Both the position numbers and the translations under genes were made by a program. The notes under the pieces were generated by a model. The model had not been told where the DNA came from. It was given only the letters and a program-made list of their open reading frames with translations, and ran no database searches. A stretch of 64,000 nt of DNA from an uncultured Pseudobdellovibrionaceae bacterium (GTDB lineage Bacteria > Bdellovibrionota > Bdellovibrionia > Bdellovibrionales > UBA1609): positions 64,001 through 128,000 of the forward strand of contig CAWDNU010000001.1 of assembly GCA_963803705.1 (NCBI GenBank), in the 5' to 3' direction. Positions 53,030 through 64,000 of this stretch are shown here, in pieces (position 1 is the first letter of the stretch; every line of letters starts with the position of its first letter).

Positions 53030-53205
53030 AATTCTGCCTCCTCAGGGCGCGCATCTAACTTTTCCAGAATGATCTGCCATCGTTTAGTTGGATTGTCTGT
53101 ATATTCGACTCCAAGCTCATCCATACTAGATTTTATTTCTAATTCATTTAAAGAGTTATTTAATAATTTTTTTACAAAATCTTTTAGTTTTTTATCAGAA
53201 TTCAT
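53026..53205 (-). CDS. Small hypothetical protein (59 aa; not in the ORF track)
   Basis: MNSDKKLKDFVKKLL...LGVEYTDNPTKRWQIILEKL...EAEL*. Its TGA overlaps the next ATG (ATGA). Confidence 0.6.
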   Translation of the reverse strand: MNSDKKLKDFVKKLLNNSLNELEIKSSMDELGVEYTDNPTKRWQIILEKLDARPEEAEL

Positions 53206-53316
53206 AGTGGCACATTGTCCACTTATACCTCTATCAAGACAAGCTGAGGTCAGATTCTATAGATTATTGGGCTTTGCACAAATCCGAGACGATTAAATAT
53301 CAGGCAAATTAAAGAT

Positions 53317-54126
53317 CTAAGCGTAAAATAGAACGTAGATGGCTAACGGGACTAAATAGATAGGAAAATAATGTAGTTTTCCTCTTCGTAAAAGAAACAT
53401 TAAACCCCATAAGCCTATACATCCAAAAAACAATGAAGAGAAAAACAAGGTCACCAACGAAGATACATTTTCAATCGACGTGATGTTGTTTAGATCCAGA
53501 AAAGTAGCACCCAATATAGCGGGCACCGATATTAAAAAACTAAAGAAAGCTGCGTTTTGTTTCCTAAGTCCCAGGAATAAGGCTGTGGTTATAGTTAATC
53601 CTGAACGACTCACACCCGGACAAATTGCAATGGCCTGACTTAGTCCAATGATGAAAGCTTGAGTAAAAGTGACTTGATGGGAAAGATATTCTGTATTTGT
53701 ATCCATTGACTGATAATTACTGGGTTTTAGTTTTGACAACAGTAATACTAATGACGTTACAAGAAAGAAGATACCCACCCAAAAATTAGATTGAAATAGA
53801 GAATCTATAAATTCCTTAAAGAATATACCAACAACTGCGGCTGGGAGTGATGCCACAAACATCAAACTCACAAGTCTTACTGTCGGATTTACAAGAAGTG
53901 AATTCCTAGACTCAAAAAGATCTAGAAATATTTTGATAAACTCTTTTCGATAGTAAAACAAAATCGCAAACAGACTTCCTAGATGGGCAACTATAGTGAT
54001 AGACAAGTTATCTGATTCAATCTGGAAGAAATCTTGGAAAACAGCCATGTGTCCAGAACTAGACACAGGTAGAAACTCAGTTAAACCTTGTATCAGACCT
54101 AATATAATAGATTCAAAATAACTCAT
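53317..54126 (-). CDS. uppP: Undecaprenyl-diphosphatase
   Basis: GLIQGLTEFLPVSSSGH and PGVSRSG. Confidence 0.96.
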   Translation of the reverse strand: MSYFESIILGLIQGLTEFLPVSSSGHMAVFQDFFQIESDNLSITIVAHLGSLFAILFYYRKEFIKIFLDLFESRNSLLVNPTVRLVSLMFVASLPAAVVGIFFKEFIDSLFQSNFWVGIFFLVTSLVLLLSKLKPSNYQSMDTNTEYLSHQVTFTQAFIIGLSQAIAICPGVSRSGLTITTALFLGLRKQNAAFFSFLISVPAILGATFLDLNNITSIENVSSLVTLFFSSLFFGCIGLWGLMFLLRRGKLHYFPIYLVPLAIYVLFYA

Positions 54127-54172
54127 ACAACAAAGATGACTTAGTTATTTCTAGTTTTCAACTTCCTATGGA

Positions 54173-55256
54173 CTAAAGTGCGTCAAGATTGACGTTTCCA
54201 TTAGCTTCTGAATCCATTCTTACATTGAGGTATTTAATGCCTTCCACAGATCGGAATTTTAGTCTTTGAAAACTGTTGTTTGGATTCACAATGATATTTT
54301 GATCCGTTGGCAAAGGCATCCACCTATCTTCAGCCCAAAGCTCCAAGGACTTTGACGATCTAAATTTAAAACTCTTAAGCTTTGGTAAAGTATTTTCTTG
54401 AGGCGGGCTCAAAGGACAAAAGAGGAAGATCGAAAGGGCTGAGACTCCGTAGAATAGAGTTGTTCTAAGTTTCGTCGCTTTATTAAATCCCAGTTCTTGA
54501 GCGGCTGCCAACTCTAGGGTATGTAAGGTATTAGTTTTTTCGGGGATTCGAGTAGAGATGGACTCTCTTACAATATCCGACAAGATCTTCTTCTCGCAAG
54601 AATCATTAAATAGAATATATGGACTGAGAGATCTATCCCCAGGCTCAATCGAAACAAGTTTCTTAAATTTAAGATTCAAAGAATTTGAAATAACTCCAAG
54701 TGAATATAAATCTGATTGGAAATTTGGCCTTGATCCTGATAAAACTTCAGGCGCCGTAAATTTAGGTGTTGCGTAAACCTTCCCAACTTCTGCAAAAGAC
54801 ACATCGATCAACTTTATCTCACCTTTCACTGAAAGCATAATATTGCTGGGTTTCAGATCTCCGTGGCATATGCCTTTGTTCTTTAACTCTTGAAGTCCCT
54901 GATACACCTTATTCACGATATATTTCTTTGTGCTTGGTCTAAGCTCTGACTGTCCACTCAAGAGGGACTCTAAATCTTTTCCATGTATATATTCAGTAAC
55001 TAGATGAAAGCGATCACCACTGACACCCCAATCTTTTATAGTCCACCACATTAGGATGCCTAATTTTTGAAAGATTTTCCAATTCATCATGGAATTTTTT
55101 TCTAAAATCAGAGGATTTAAAAATTTTGACTGCAACAATCTCTGTGAACTCAGTCATTGGCTCAAACCTTAAACTCTTGTAAATATCACTACTTACGCCT
55201 GAGCCTATCTTTGTAATGAGTTTTAGATCTTTATTTAATGATATTTTTGAAGTCAT
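54173..55256 (-). CDS. Hanks-type Ser/Thr protein kinase with a C-terminal TM segment; frameshift near 55035
   Basis: IGSGVSS, VAVKIF, HPNVV, HGDLKPSN, APE and SDLYSLG. Confidence 0.85.
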
Positions 55257-55260
55257 TTAG

Positions 55261-55653
55261 TCATTTCATGTTCAAGAACCTTACCAACTCCGTCCTTTCA
55301 TTATAAATATTTAAACTTTTGGGCTCTGAGCTAAGGAGTAAATTAGAGAAAATGTAGTTACATTTAGGAAAATGTTTCAGAAAAGGCTCAAGATCGCTTT
55401 CTTTCCCTGGCCTAACGGATTGTACCCATTCAATACACTTGTCATCAATTCTATTAAATAGCGTCGTCTGTTTATTCCTTTTTGCCCATATACCTAATAG
55501 AAAACATGAACCTGAGAGATTTTGCAGGTCTTCACCTTCACACTTGTTAAGTATTTCCAATGGTTCAAAATGTTGGAACCCGTTGGTCGCTTCGACTAAA
55601 TTTCCAAAAAGCAAAAAAATTAGAAATGATAATATCTTTAGTGTGCGATTCAT
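55261..55653 (-). CDS. Secreted Cys-containing hypothetical protein
   Basis: Signal peptide ending VEA; 130 aa. Confidence 0.6.
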   Translation of the reverse strand: MNRTLKILSFLIFLLFGNLVEATNGFQHFEPLEILNKCEGEDLQNLSGSCFLLGIWAKRNKQTTLFNRIDDKCIEWVQSVRPGKESDLEPFLKHFPKCNYIFSNLLLSSEPKSLNIYNERTELVRFLNMK

Positions 55654-55656
55654 ACT

Positions 55657-56088
55657 TTACATTGGTCCTGTGGCTTCAAAAAAATTAGAAAGAAAGGGGC
55701 CTAAGAAAAGTAAGAAAAGTGCAGGAAAATAGAAAAGCATCAAAGGGATCAGCATTTTGAACGGAAGCTTGCGATGGTAGTTTTGAATAAGAAGTTCATT
55801 CGAAGCTTTGACCTCTAAATAGAAGTTTTCCAGGACTTCCATTACTGGTCTTCCTTTAATTCCCAATCCCAAAATGATGAACAATGCTTTATTCTCCGGC
55901 TTATTTAAACTTTTAACAATAGTTTCAGCAGGTCGACCACTCTCCAAAAGCTCTAGAAAATTTTTTCCGAAGCGAGAAAGTTTGCTATTTTGATCTTCTA
56001 CAGCGATTTGAAGAGAGTTTTTGACGCTCATGCCCTCATTTAAAGAATTATTTATACTATCTATAAATTTAAGTGTTTCAAACAACAT
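55657..56088 (-). CDS. TadC-like (T2SSF family) membrane protein
   Basis: C-terminal KLPFKMLIPLMLFYFPALFLLFLGP is a TadC-type motif. Confidence 0.7.
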   Translation of the reverse strand: MLFETLKFIDSINNSLNEGMSVKNSLQIAVEDQNSKLSRFGKNFLELLESGRPAETIVKSLNKPENKALFIILGLGIKGRPVMEVLENFYLEVKASNELLIQNYHRKLPFKMLIPLMLFYFPALFLLFLGPFLSNFFEATGPM

Positions 56089-56164
56089 GATTTTCTATAA
56101 ATGCAATTTTGATCTTCCATCCTTAGGCAATTACATTACTGATAATATCAAAATGATCCGATTT

Positions 56165-56876
56165 TCAGATCATTTCTTTATTCTTTTGAAGTTGATTTGA
56201 GACAAAAAACCCTGTCAAAAAAAGCAATAAGCTAAGGGCTTCAAGTCGGGGGCTTCTTTCCCTAAACATTAAATGCCAGATGAACGTTGCGACAAAGAAA
56301 AACCCTATAAAGCACGACTGTATTACATAAGATGATTTAAGTGACTTCTCTTTTCTTTGGGTTTCCATGATTTCAACGGTTTGAATTCGAAGTTTTTTCA
56401 GCTTTAAAGTTTGATTGGATGAGCTATGTGCAACTTTGTAGAGATTATCAAATAAGTCGTTTTGAAAATTGAAGAAGAAATTTGCTTTATGATCTTTTAG
56501 ATAAAAAATTTTGTAGTGAATCCTATGATAAAAAGGTCTCAAAGGTGGATCTAAATGATGAATTGAAGTTTCAAACGAGTAGGACAACGATTTCCCCGTA
56601 CTCATAGTCAGGTTTAGAAAATTCAAAAATTGAGGAATGGATTGTTCTAACAAAGTTTTCTTTCTCAACGAAACCAAAGTTAGTAAAGTAGTAGCAAATC
56701 ATTACCACAGTAAAAAGTAAGAGAAGAAAAATTTTATTGTTTGCTATTGAAAAGCCAATTAGATTTAAAATTACCGTCAAAATTATGACCGAATAGTAAT
56801 TTTTGAAATTGTAATTAACCTTTTTTTTCATTCCTAAATCCGTAGTTCGCATGTCGTCCGGAAAAAAAAAATCCAA
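56165..56876 (-). CDS. TadB-like (T2SSF family) membrane protein, frameshift near 56675
   Basis: Two N-terminal TMs, then IPQFLNFLNLTMSTGKSLSYSF and C-terminal TMs. Confidence 0.6.
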
Positions 56877-57016
56877 AGCGAAGTCGCTCGATTTTGAAAG
56901 TTCCAGAAATAGTTACTGCAAAAATTAAACTAAAGTTTATTTTTTCTATTGACGATCAATGGTTGTGTAAACACAATTATATTGTAGTCAGACGTAATTA
57001 ATTTTAGGAGGTCATA

Positions 57017-57222
57017 ATGGCAACAAAGAAAAAAGCAGCTAAGAAAGCAACAAAGAAAAAAGCAACTAAGAAAAAAGTAGCTAAGAAAGCGACTAAGAAA
57101 GCAACAAAGAAAAAAGCTACTAAGAAAAAAGCAGCTGAAAAAAACAACTAAGAAAAAAACAACAAAGAAAAAAGCAGCTAAGAAAACAACAAAAGAAAAA
57201 AGCAACACGTAAAAAGAAGTAA
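57017..57222 (+). CDS. Histone H1-like Lys/Ala/Thr-rich basic protein (two apparent single-base insertions)
   Basis: AGGAGG RBS, MATKKKAAKKATKKKATKKKVAKK... repeats and a downstream strong terminator. Confidence 0.8.
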
Positions 57223-57245
57223 TCATTTAGCCATAGTTTGGCTCG

Positions 57246-57275
57246 AGCCCCTGGGAAACCAGGGGCTTTTTTTTT
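57246..57275 (+). terminator. Rho-independent terminator
   Basis: AGCCCCTGG-GAAA-CCAGGGGCT followed by a T tract. Confidence 0.9.
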
Positions 57276-57453
57276 GCTATTAATATAGGCTTTAGTCCAA
57301 TATTTTTCACATTTCCCCACTTTTCAAAATTAGATTTTAGAAAGACTGGTATTCGGTTTTCGGCTTGTTTCAATATAAATTTATTAAATCAATGTACCCT
57401 TGAAAGTAGAACTTAATAATCGTGCTAAAGCATTCTGGAAGAAAATAATCTAA

Positions 57454-58412
<959 letters not shown>

Positions 58413-58454
58413 ATCTAAATTGTCCAAAACAAATTTATTATAATGGAGAGATGA

Positions 58455-59626
58455 ATGAATATTCATGAATATCAAGCTAAAGCCGTTTTAAAGACTTTTG
58501 GTACTACGGTGCTTAAAGGTATCGTTGCAAGTGACCCTAGAGGAAGCGAGGAAGGCTGCGAGAGCCTTGGTGGAAGCATATGGGTTGTAAAAGCTCAAAT
58601 TCATGCCGGAGGCCGTGGTAAAGCGGGTGGAGTTAAGGTTGCTAAGACTTTAGAAGAAGTCGAAAAGTACGCTAAAGAGATTATCGGTAAAACTTTAGTA
58701 ACTCACCAAACTGGTCCTGAAGGTAAAGAAGTTCTTAAAGTTTATATTGAACAAGGTTGCAACATTGATAAAGAATATTACGTTGCTATTTTAGTCGACC
58801 GCGCGACTAGCAAAGTTGTCATGATGGCCAGTTCGGAAGGTGGAATGGATATCGAAGAGGTCGCTGATAAAACTCCGGAGAAAATTTTTACAGAAGTTAT
58901 CGAACCTGTAACTGGTCTATGTTTCTTTCCAAGCTAGAAAACTTGCTTTCAAAATTGGAATGACAGGCAAGTCGTCAATAAAGCAGTTAAAGAATTATCG
59001 TCACTTATACCAAACTTTCATGAGAAAGATGCTTCAATGGCAGAAATCAATCCGTTGGTGGAAACTAAAGAAGGTGAAGTCATTGCTTTAGATGCAAAAA
59101 TGAATTTTGATCAAACGCTCTATTTACCGTCATCCAGACATCATGGAACTTCGTGATTTAACTGAAGAAGAGCCTTCAGAGATCGAAGCTAGTAAATACG
59201 ATTTAGCTTTTATAAAGTTAGAAGGCAATATTGGTTGTCTTAGTGAACGGTGCAGGTTTGGCCATGTCTACTATGGACATCATTAAAATCAATGGTGGCG
59301 AACCCGCCAACTTCCTAGATGTCGGCGGTGGCGCTACTAAAGAAAAAGTAACTGATGCTTTTAAAATTATTTTCAACGATAAAAATGTCAAGGGTATTTT
59401 GGTGAACATTTTTGGTGGGATCATGAAATGCGACATCATCGCCGAAGGTGTGATCGCTGCCACTAAAGAACTTGGTCTAGAAGTTCCGTTAGTGGTTAGA
59501 CTTGCCGGAACCAATGTTGAGAAAGGTAAAGAGATCTTAAGCAAAAGTGGTTTAAATATAATCGCTGCTGACGACTTAAATGATGCTGCTTCTAAAATTG
59601 TAAAAGCAGTAAAGGAGCTTAAATAA
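58455..59626 (+). CDS. sucC: Succinyl-CoA synthetase beta subunit, frameshifted
   Basis: [31 protein letters not shown] and NFLDVGG. Confidence 0.95.
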
Positions 59627-60498
59627 TGTCTATCCTAATTAATAAAAATACAAAAGTAATCTGCCAGGGCTTCACTGGTGCTCAAGGAACTTTCCATTCT
59701 GAGCAAGCTAAAGAGTACGGAACTCAAATGGTGGGTGGTGTGACACCTGGAAAAGGTGGAACAACGCATATTGGTCTACCCGTCTTTAATACCGTTGAAG
59801 AAGCTGTTAGAAAAACAGGTGCTAATGCATCAGTCATTTATGTACCACCTCCCTTCGCAGCCGATGCGATCATGGAAGCAGCTGATGCCGGTATTGAGCT
59901 GATAATTTGTATTACTGAGGGAATACCTGTTCTTGATATGGTTAAGGCTAAACAATACATCACTCAAAAAGGCGTTCGCTTAGTTGGACCTAACTGTCCA
60001 GGTGTTATTACTCCTGATGAATGTAAAATTGGTATTATGCCTGGTTACATCCACAAAAAGGGTAAAATTGGAGTTGTTTCTCGATCAGGTACACTGACCT
60101 ACGAAGCCGTTGCTCAATTATCTGCTGTGGGAATGGGACAAAGCACTTGTGTTGGTATCGGTGGAGATCCAGTAAATGGAACCAATTTCATCGATGTCCT
60201 TAAACTCTTCAATGAAGACCCAGAAACTGAAGGTGTTATCATGATCGGTGAAATTGGTGGTACAGCTGAAGAAGAAGCGGCCGCTTACATTAAAGCTGAA
60301 TTTAAAAAACCAATAGCCGCATTTATTGCAGGATCAACAGCTCCCCCAGGAAAAAGAATGGGTCATGCCGGAGCGATCATTAGTGGTGGTCAAGGGACAG
60401 CTGAAGCGAAATTTGAAGCTTTAGAATCCGCAGGTTGTGTGATTGCTAGATCTCCTGGAGATCTAGGTAAAGCTATGAAAGAGGCAATAAATAAATAA
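59626..60498 (+). CDS. sucD: Succinyl-CoA synthetase alpha subunit
   Basis: [15 protein letters not shown] and RMGHAGA. Confidence 0.97.
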   Translation: MSILINKNTKVICQGFTGAQGTFHSEQAKEYGTQMVGGVTPGKGGTTHIGLPVFNTVEEAVRKTGANASVIYVPPPFAADAIMEAADAGIELIICITEGIPVLDMVKAKQYITQKGVRLVGPNCPGVITPDECKIGIMPGYIHKKGKIGVVSRSGTLTYEAVAQLSAVGMGQSTCVGIGGDPVNGTNFIDVLKLFNEDPETEGVIMIGEIGGTAEEEAAAYIKAEFKKPIAAFIAGSTAPPGKRMGHAGAIISGGQGTAEAKFEALESAGCVIARSPGDLGKAMKEAINK

Positions 60499-60534
60499 AC
60501 TTACCTAATTTAAAAATTTAAAATGGAGAAAATT

Positions 60535-60951
60535 ATGGAAAAAACATTCAGTATTATCAAACCCAACGCAGTTAAAAAAAATGTCATAGGTGATATCATC
60601 AAAATATTCGAGAACAATGGCCTTCAAATAGCTGCAGCAAAAATGGCTAAAATCCCTAGAAAACAGTGTGAAGAGTTCTATGCCGAGCACAAAGATAGGC
60701 CTTTTTTCGGAGAATTAGTTGATTTCATGACTTCTGCACCTGTTATGTTGATGGTTTTGAAAGGCGAAAAAGCAGTAATGAGAAATAGAGAGTTAATGGG
60801 TGCTACCAATCCGGCGGACGCCGCAGAAGGCACACTACGAAAAAGATTCGGAGACAGTATGGGCGAAAACGCTGTACATGGTAGTGATTCCAAAGCCAGT
60901 GCAGAACGTGAGATTGGTATTTTCTTTAAAGAAGATGAAATTGTTTTCTAG
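60535..60951 (+). CDS. ndk: Nucleoside diphosphate kinase
   Basis: [14 protein letters not shown] and NAVHGSDS. Confidence 0.97.
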   Translation: MEKTFSIIKPNAVKKNVIGDIIKIFENNGLQIAAAKMAKIPRKQCEEFYAEHKDRPFFGELVDFMTSAPVMLMVLKGEKAVMRNRELMGATNPADAAEGTLRKRFGDSMGENAVHGSDSKASAEREIGIFFKEDEIVF

Positions 60952-61080
60952 TAACTGCCAAAAATTGTAACTTTAGTAAAATTTACATAAACATGTAGAT
61001 TTTTCAGCGAACTTATTCTGTTGATGTTAATTTCTTGTTGTATTTTGAATTGTTAATTTTTTAAAATTTTCAGGAGATTT

Positions 61081-61608
61081 ATGAAAAAGTTATTATTTAT
61101 AACTGCTATCGCCTCGGCTGTTTTTGTGGCACGAACCGGATTTACACAAAATAGCTTTGATTTTGGTTTGCCTTCAGCTTCCAGTGAAAAACAAATAGCC
61201 TTGTCACTAGAATTTGATCAAAATACTGAAGTCACTTCTCTTCATAGTTTTTCCCGAATACATATAAGTGAAGCCATTGAAGAACAATTGTACAGTCTTG
61301 GTTATCCAAACAATTTGCACCATTACAGTATAATATCAATTAGCTTTAGAGCGAAAGGCTTTTCGAATCGCGGTCAAGTAAGATTGTGCTCTTACTCTGG
61401 CGCCTCTGACCCTTGCACCACAGTTTTCAGTCAGTACAACTTAGAAAGTAATTCCCTGGAATTTCAGGATGAAGATGTCTGGTTTACTTACCCTCTTTTC
61501 ACTGGAATACGTAGACAAGATATTGGCGCAAATATTGACATCGAATTCATAGGACATATAAAAATCGAGTCAATAAAAGTAGTTTTGGAATCTAACGATT
61601 TCAAATAA
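61081..61608 (+). CDS. Secreted hypothetical protein
   Basis: AGGAG RBS, signal peptide and a beta-rich 175-aa sequence. Confidence 0.7.
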   Translation: MKKLLFITAIASAVFVARTGFTQNSFDFGLPSASSEKQIALSLEFDQNTEVTSLHSFSRIHISEAIEEQLYSLGYPNNLHHYSIISISFRAKGFSNRGQVRLCSYSGASDPCTTVFSQYNLESNSLEFQDEDVWFTYPLFTGIRRQDIGANIDIEFIGHIKIESIKVVLESNDFK

Positions 61609-61640
61609 ACGGAAACCTAATCAACTTGGATCAATAAATA

Positions 61641-62720
61641 TTGGATGAGCTAGAAATACTTATCGATGGTCTTTCCTTTTTCGAGGGTCACGGCGTAGGC
61701 CGTTCAAAATCTGGTAAGGTTTTTTTCGTTGAGGGGACGTGTCCCGGCGATATCGTTACCGTCGAAATTGTCAAAGATAGTAAAAAATTCGCATTTTCCA
61801 GAGTCACTGGGTTCATCAAAAAATCTGAACATAGGACCAAACCTATTTGTTCAGTCTTTGAAACCTGCGGTGGTTGTACATTACAGCACGTGAACTACAG
61901 TTTACAGATTGAAGAAAAACAGAAGGTGCTAATTCGCTATAAAAAGAGAAATAGTAATTTTGTGCTTGAACCATTTGTTTCTTCTGAAAAAAAGTTTAAT
62001 TACCGGCAAAGAATTGAAGTCCATTTTAAAAGCAATAAGTGGGGATTTTATAAAAAGAAATCGCACGATTTAGTGTTGCCTACAATGTGTCCTATTGCTT
62101 CTAAAGAAATAAATAGGCTATTAAGCGGTGCCACAAAACCTGACGGTCATTACCATGTGAGCAGCTCAGGTATTCAAAAAAGGTCCAGAGGGTCTTTTGG
62201 AGTTTTCAGTCAAATAAACATAGAGATAGACAATGAGATAAAAAAATTTCTTCTAAAGCACCTTTCAAATGAATCAAACATTGACCAAGTCTATGACCTT
62301 TATGCCGGTAGTGGAAACTATAGCCAGTACTTAGCACCTCATTTGAATCAGACGCATTTTATGGCTGTAGAACTAAGTGAAATTCTAGTAAACTTGGGTC
62401 AGAATTCGAAAACTGCGGTTTCCAACATAAAATGGGTTTGTTCTGATGTAATTGATTACCTTCAGAATAAAAAAGCTGATCAATTTTCGCAAGCAACTTT
62501 TTTAGTTAATCCGCCAAGAAACGGACTCTCTAAAGAAATTATTTTTGAAATTAGTAAATTGCCAGTTAAGCAAATCATCTATGTGAGCTGCAATCCTATG
62601 ACTCTATTCAGAGATATTGACGCTTTGAGCCCTAAATTTCAGCTTAAAACTCTAAAAGGCTTCGATATGTTCCCGCAAACTATGCACTTCGAGACCCTTG
62701 CTATTCTATCGGCCATCTAA
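61641..62720 (+). CDS. TRAM-domain RNA m5U methyltransferase (RlmD/RumA family)
   Basis: CGGC Fe-S motif, DLYAGSG, NPPRNG, YVSCNP and DMFPQTMHFE. Confidence 0.9.
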   Translation: MDELEILIDGLSFFEGHGVGRSKSGKVFFVEGTCPGDIVTVEIVKDSKKFAFSRVTGFIKKSEHRTKPICSVFETCGGCTLQHVNYSLQIEEKQKVLIRYKKRNSNFVLEPFVSSEKKFNYRQRIEVHFKSNKWGFYKKKSHDLVLPTMCPIASKEINRLLSGATKPDGHYHVSSSGIQKRSRGSFGVFSQINIEIDNEIKKFLLKHLSNESNIDQVYDLYAGSGNYSQYLAPHLNQTHFMAVELSEILVNLGQNSKTAVSNIKWVCSDVIDYLQNKKADQFSQATFLVNPPRNGLSKEIIFEISKLPVKQIIYVSCNPMTLFRDIDALSPKFQLKTLKGFDMFPQTMHFETLAILSAI

Positions 62721-62756
62721 TTGTCAAACACTGTAACAATTGGCACTATTAAGAGT

Positions 62757-63491
62757 ATGGCTATATTAAAAATTTTGACCTTTCTATTATTATTGTCGTC
62801 GTGTCAAACAGCCACCGTTTCAGAAAAAGCCAGAATTAAATCGAAGTACCATGTAGATATTGCCTTAGGATATTTGAGGCACCAAAAAAATCCTGAAGCT
62901 ATATCTGAGTTAGAAAGTGCAATTAAACTAAATCCCTTAAACTCTAAGGCCTACCACTACTTAGGTATGTGTTTGTATCAGAGAAACCGTATAGGTCAGT
63001 CTATTGAAGCATTTCTAACAAGTCTTTCAATTGATCCTTCCGACACTGAAGTAAGAAATGACCTGATCACCATCTATTTAGAGCAGAAAAGCTATATGAA
63101 AGCTTACAAAAACGCGCGAGTTTCAGTGAAAGATCTTACCTACACGCAGCCTGATAAAAGTTTATTTCTTAGATCTCAAGCAGCAATTAACTTAGCGCAG
63201 GAAGACGCCAGATTTCTTAAGGTTGCTGAAAAAGATTTAAAGTCCATTGTTAAATTGAATCCAAATCATTGTGGGGCTCTCTACCATTTAGGGAGAATTT
63301 ACTCGAAGAAGACCAAATTTAAAAAATCTTACGTCTTATTTCATAAATCTTTAAAAAGCTGCCAACTTGAGGAAGATAAGTTAAAATCATTAAATGCGCT
63401 GATTCCATTGTCCAAAAAATTTGGATTGGTGTATCAATGGGGACGTTATAAACAGCTGAAATTAGAATTAGCTAAGAAATCTAAGAATTAA
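62757..63491 (+). CDS. TPR lipoprotein, PilF/PilW (Tgl)-like pilotin
   Basis: LSSC lipobox, TPRs and a DLTY..P motif. Lies upstream of rodZ. Confidence 0.75.
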   Translation: MAILKILTFLLLLSSCQTATVSEKARIKSKYHVDIALGYLRHQKNPEAISELESAIKLNPLNSKAYHYLGMCLYQRNRIGQSIEAFLTSLSIDPSDTEVRNDLITIYLEQKSYMKAYKNARVSVKDLTYTQPDKSLFLRSQAAINLAQEDARFLKVAEKDLKSIVKLNPNHCGALYHLGRIYSKKTKFKKSYVLFHKSLKSCQLEEDKLKSLNALIPLSKKFGLVYQWGRYKQLKLELAKKSKN

Positions 63492-63504
63492 AGGATTAAG
63501 ACTT

Positions 63505-64000
63505 ATGGAACCCAGTTTCGGACCTATTTTAAAAAAGCACCGAGAAGAGCAGAGTCTATCCTTTCGCCAAGTGTCTGCAGCTATAAAGATGACGCCTTCA
63601 GTGCTGAAAGATATAGAAGACGAAAATTTCGAAAACTTACCCCAAACTGTTTTCCTGAGAGGACTAGTCAAAGCATATGCAAAGCATTTGGATGTTGATG
63701 AAAAAGAGATTCTTAGCATTTTTGATAGCTCAACGAATTATGAAAAGAAGGGCGCTCGTAGGACTCCACTTGATGATATTTCAGGAAAACTTCGCACACC
63801 GACCTATGTTTGGTTATCCCGAGTCTTCATTCCAATATTTATTATCTCTGTTTTAGCAGCTACAGGCACAGTTATCGTTTTAATAACGAAAAAATACGAT
63901 AAAGAAATCAAGAGTGTCATAAGTCCCAAAGTTACTGAAATACATCGAGCAAATGATAAAGAATTGAATGAGCCTGCTTTATCTGAATCTGAATCTGAAT
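63505..64000 (+). CDS. rodZ: RodZ-like HTH membrane protein (runs off the window)
   Basis: GPILKKHREEQSLS...LKDIE...FLRGLVKAYAKHL followed by a TM helix. Confidence 0.8.
   Translation, partial: MEPSFGPILKKHREEQSLSFRQVSAAIKMTPSVLKDIEDENFENLPQTVFLRGLVKAYAKHLDVDEKEILSIFDSSTNYEKKGARRTPLDDISGKLRTPTYVWLSRVFIPIFIISVLAATGTVIVLITKKYDKEIKSVISPKVTEIHRANDKELNEPALSESESE

Noticed and set aside
56930..57320. Minus-strand Phe/Cys/Leu-rich ORFs in the track
   Set aside because: They are antisense shadows of the Lys-rich H1-like gene, which has the RBS and terminator.

Overview
AT-rich bacterial chromosomal segment, most likely from a predatory Bdellovibrionota. This assignment is an inference from gene content: an S74-chaperone fibre, a PilZ protein, a TPR-wHTH regulator, a tandem ArsA pair and ferrooxidans-type GshA. 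Most of the window is housekeeping: clpP-clpX-lon, pepA, tig, ftsEX-envC-ctpA, sufBCDS-nfu, tolQRAB-glnE-cyclophilin, mtgA, dus, CBS/CGL, uppP, mdh-sucCD-ndk, an RlmD-type methyltransferase, pilF, rodZ, tRNA-Val(TAC) and tRNA-Phe(GAA). An accessory island lies at about 13.1-22.5 kb. It holds a delimited IS1202/ISNCY-family element (14637-16975, TGT...ACA ends, 16-bp target duplication) whose broken transposase is followed by a passenger lipoprotein gene inside the ends. The island also holds a second, orphan copy of the same right end at 22355-22429, a roughly 1070-aa secreted transglutaminase-like protein, an IS110 remnant in a receiver-domain gene, and hicAB with an apparently leaderless ATT-start toxin. 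Other items missed by the ORF track are a 125-bp ERIC/MITE-like palindrome on the lon stop codon, an HExxH peptidase split by an in-frame TAG, a histone H1-like gene, and small ORFs. Single-base frameshifts cluster at about 3.0-3.6, 8.2-9.9, 49.6-52.1 and 55-59.3 kb. They hit core genes and even a tRNA, so they are most probably assembly indel errors rather than true pseudogenes.
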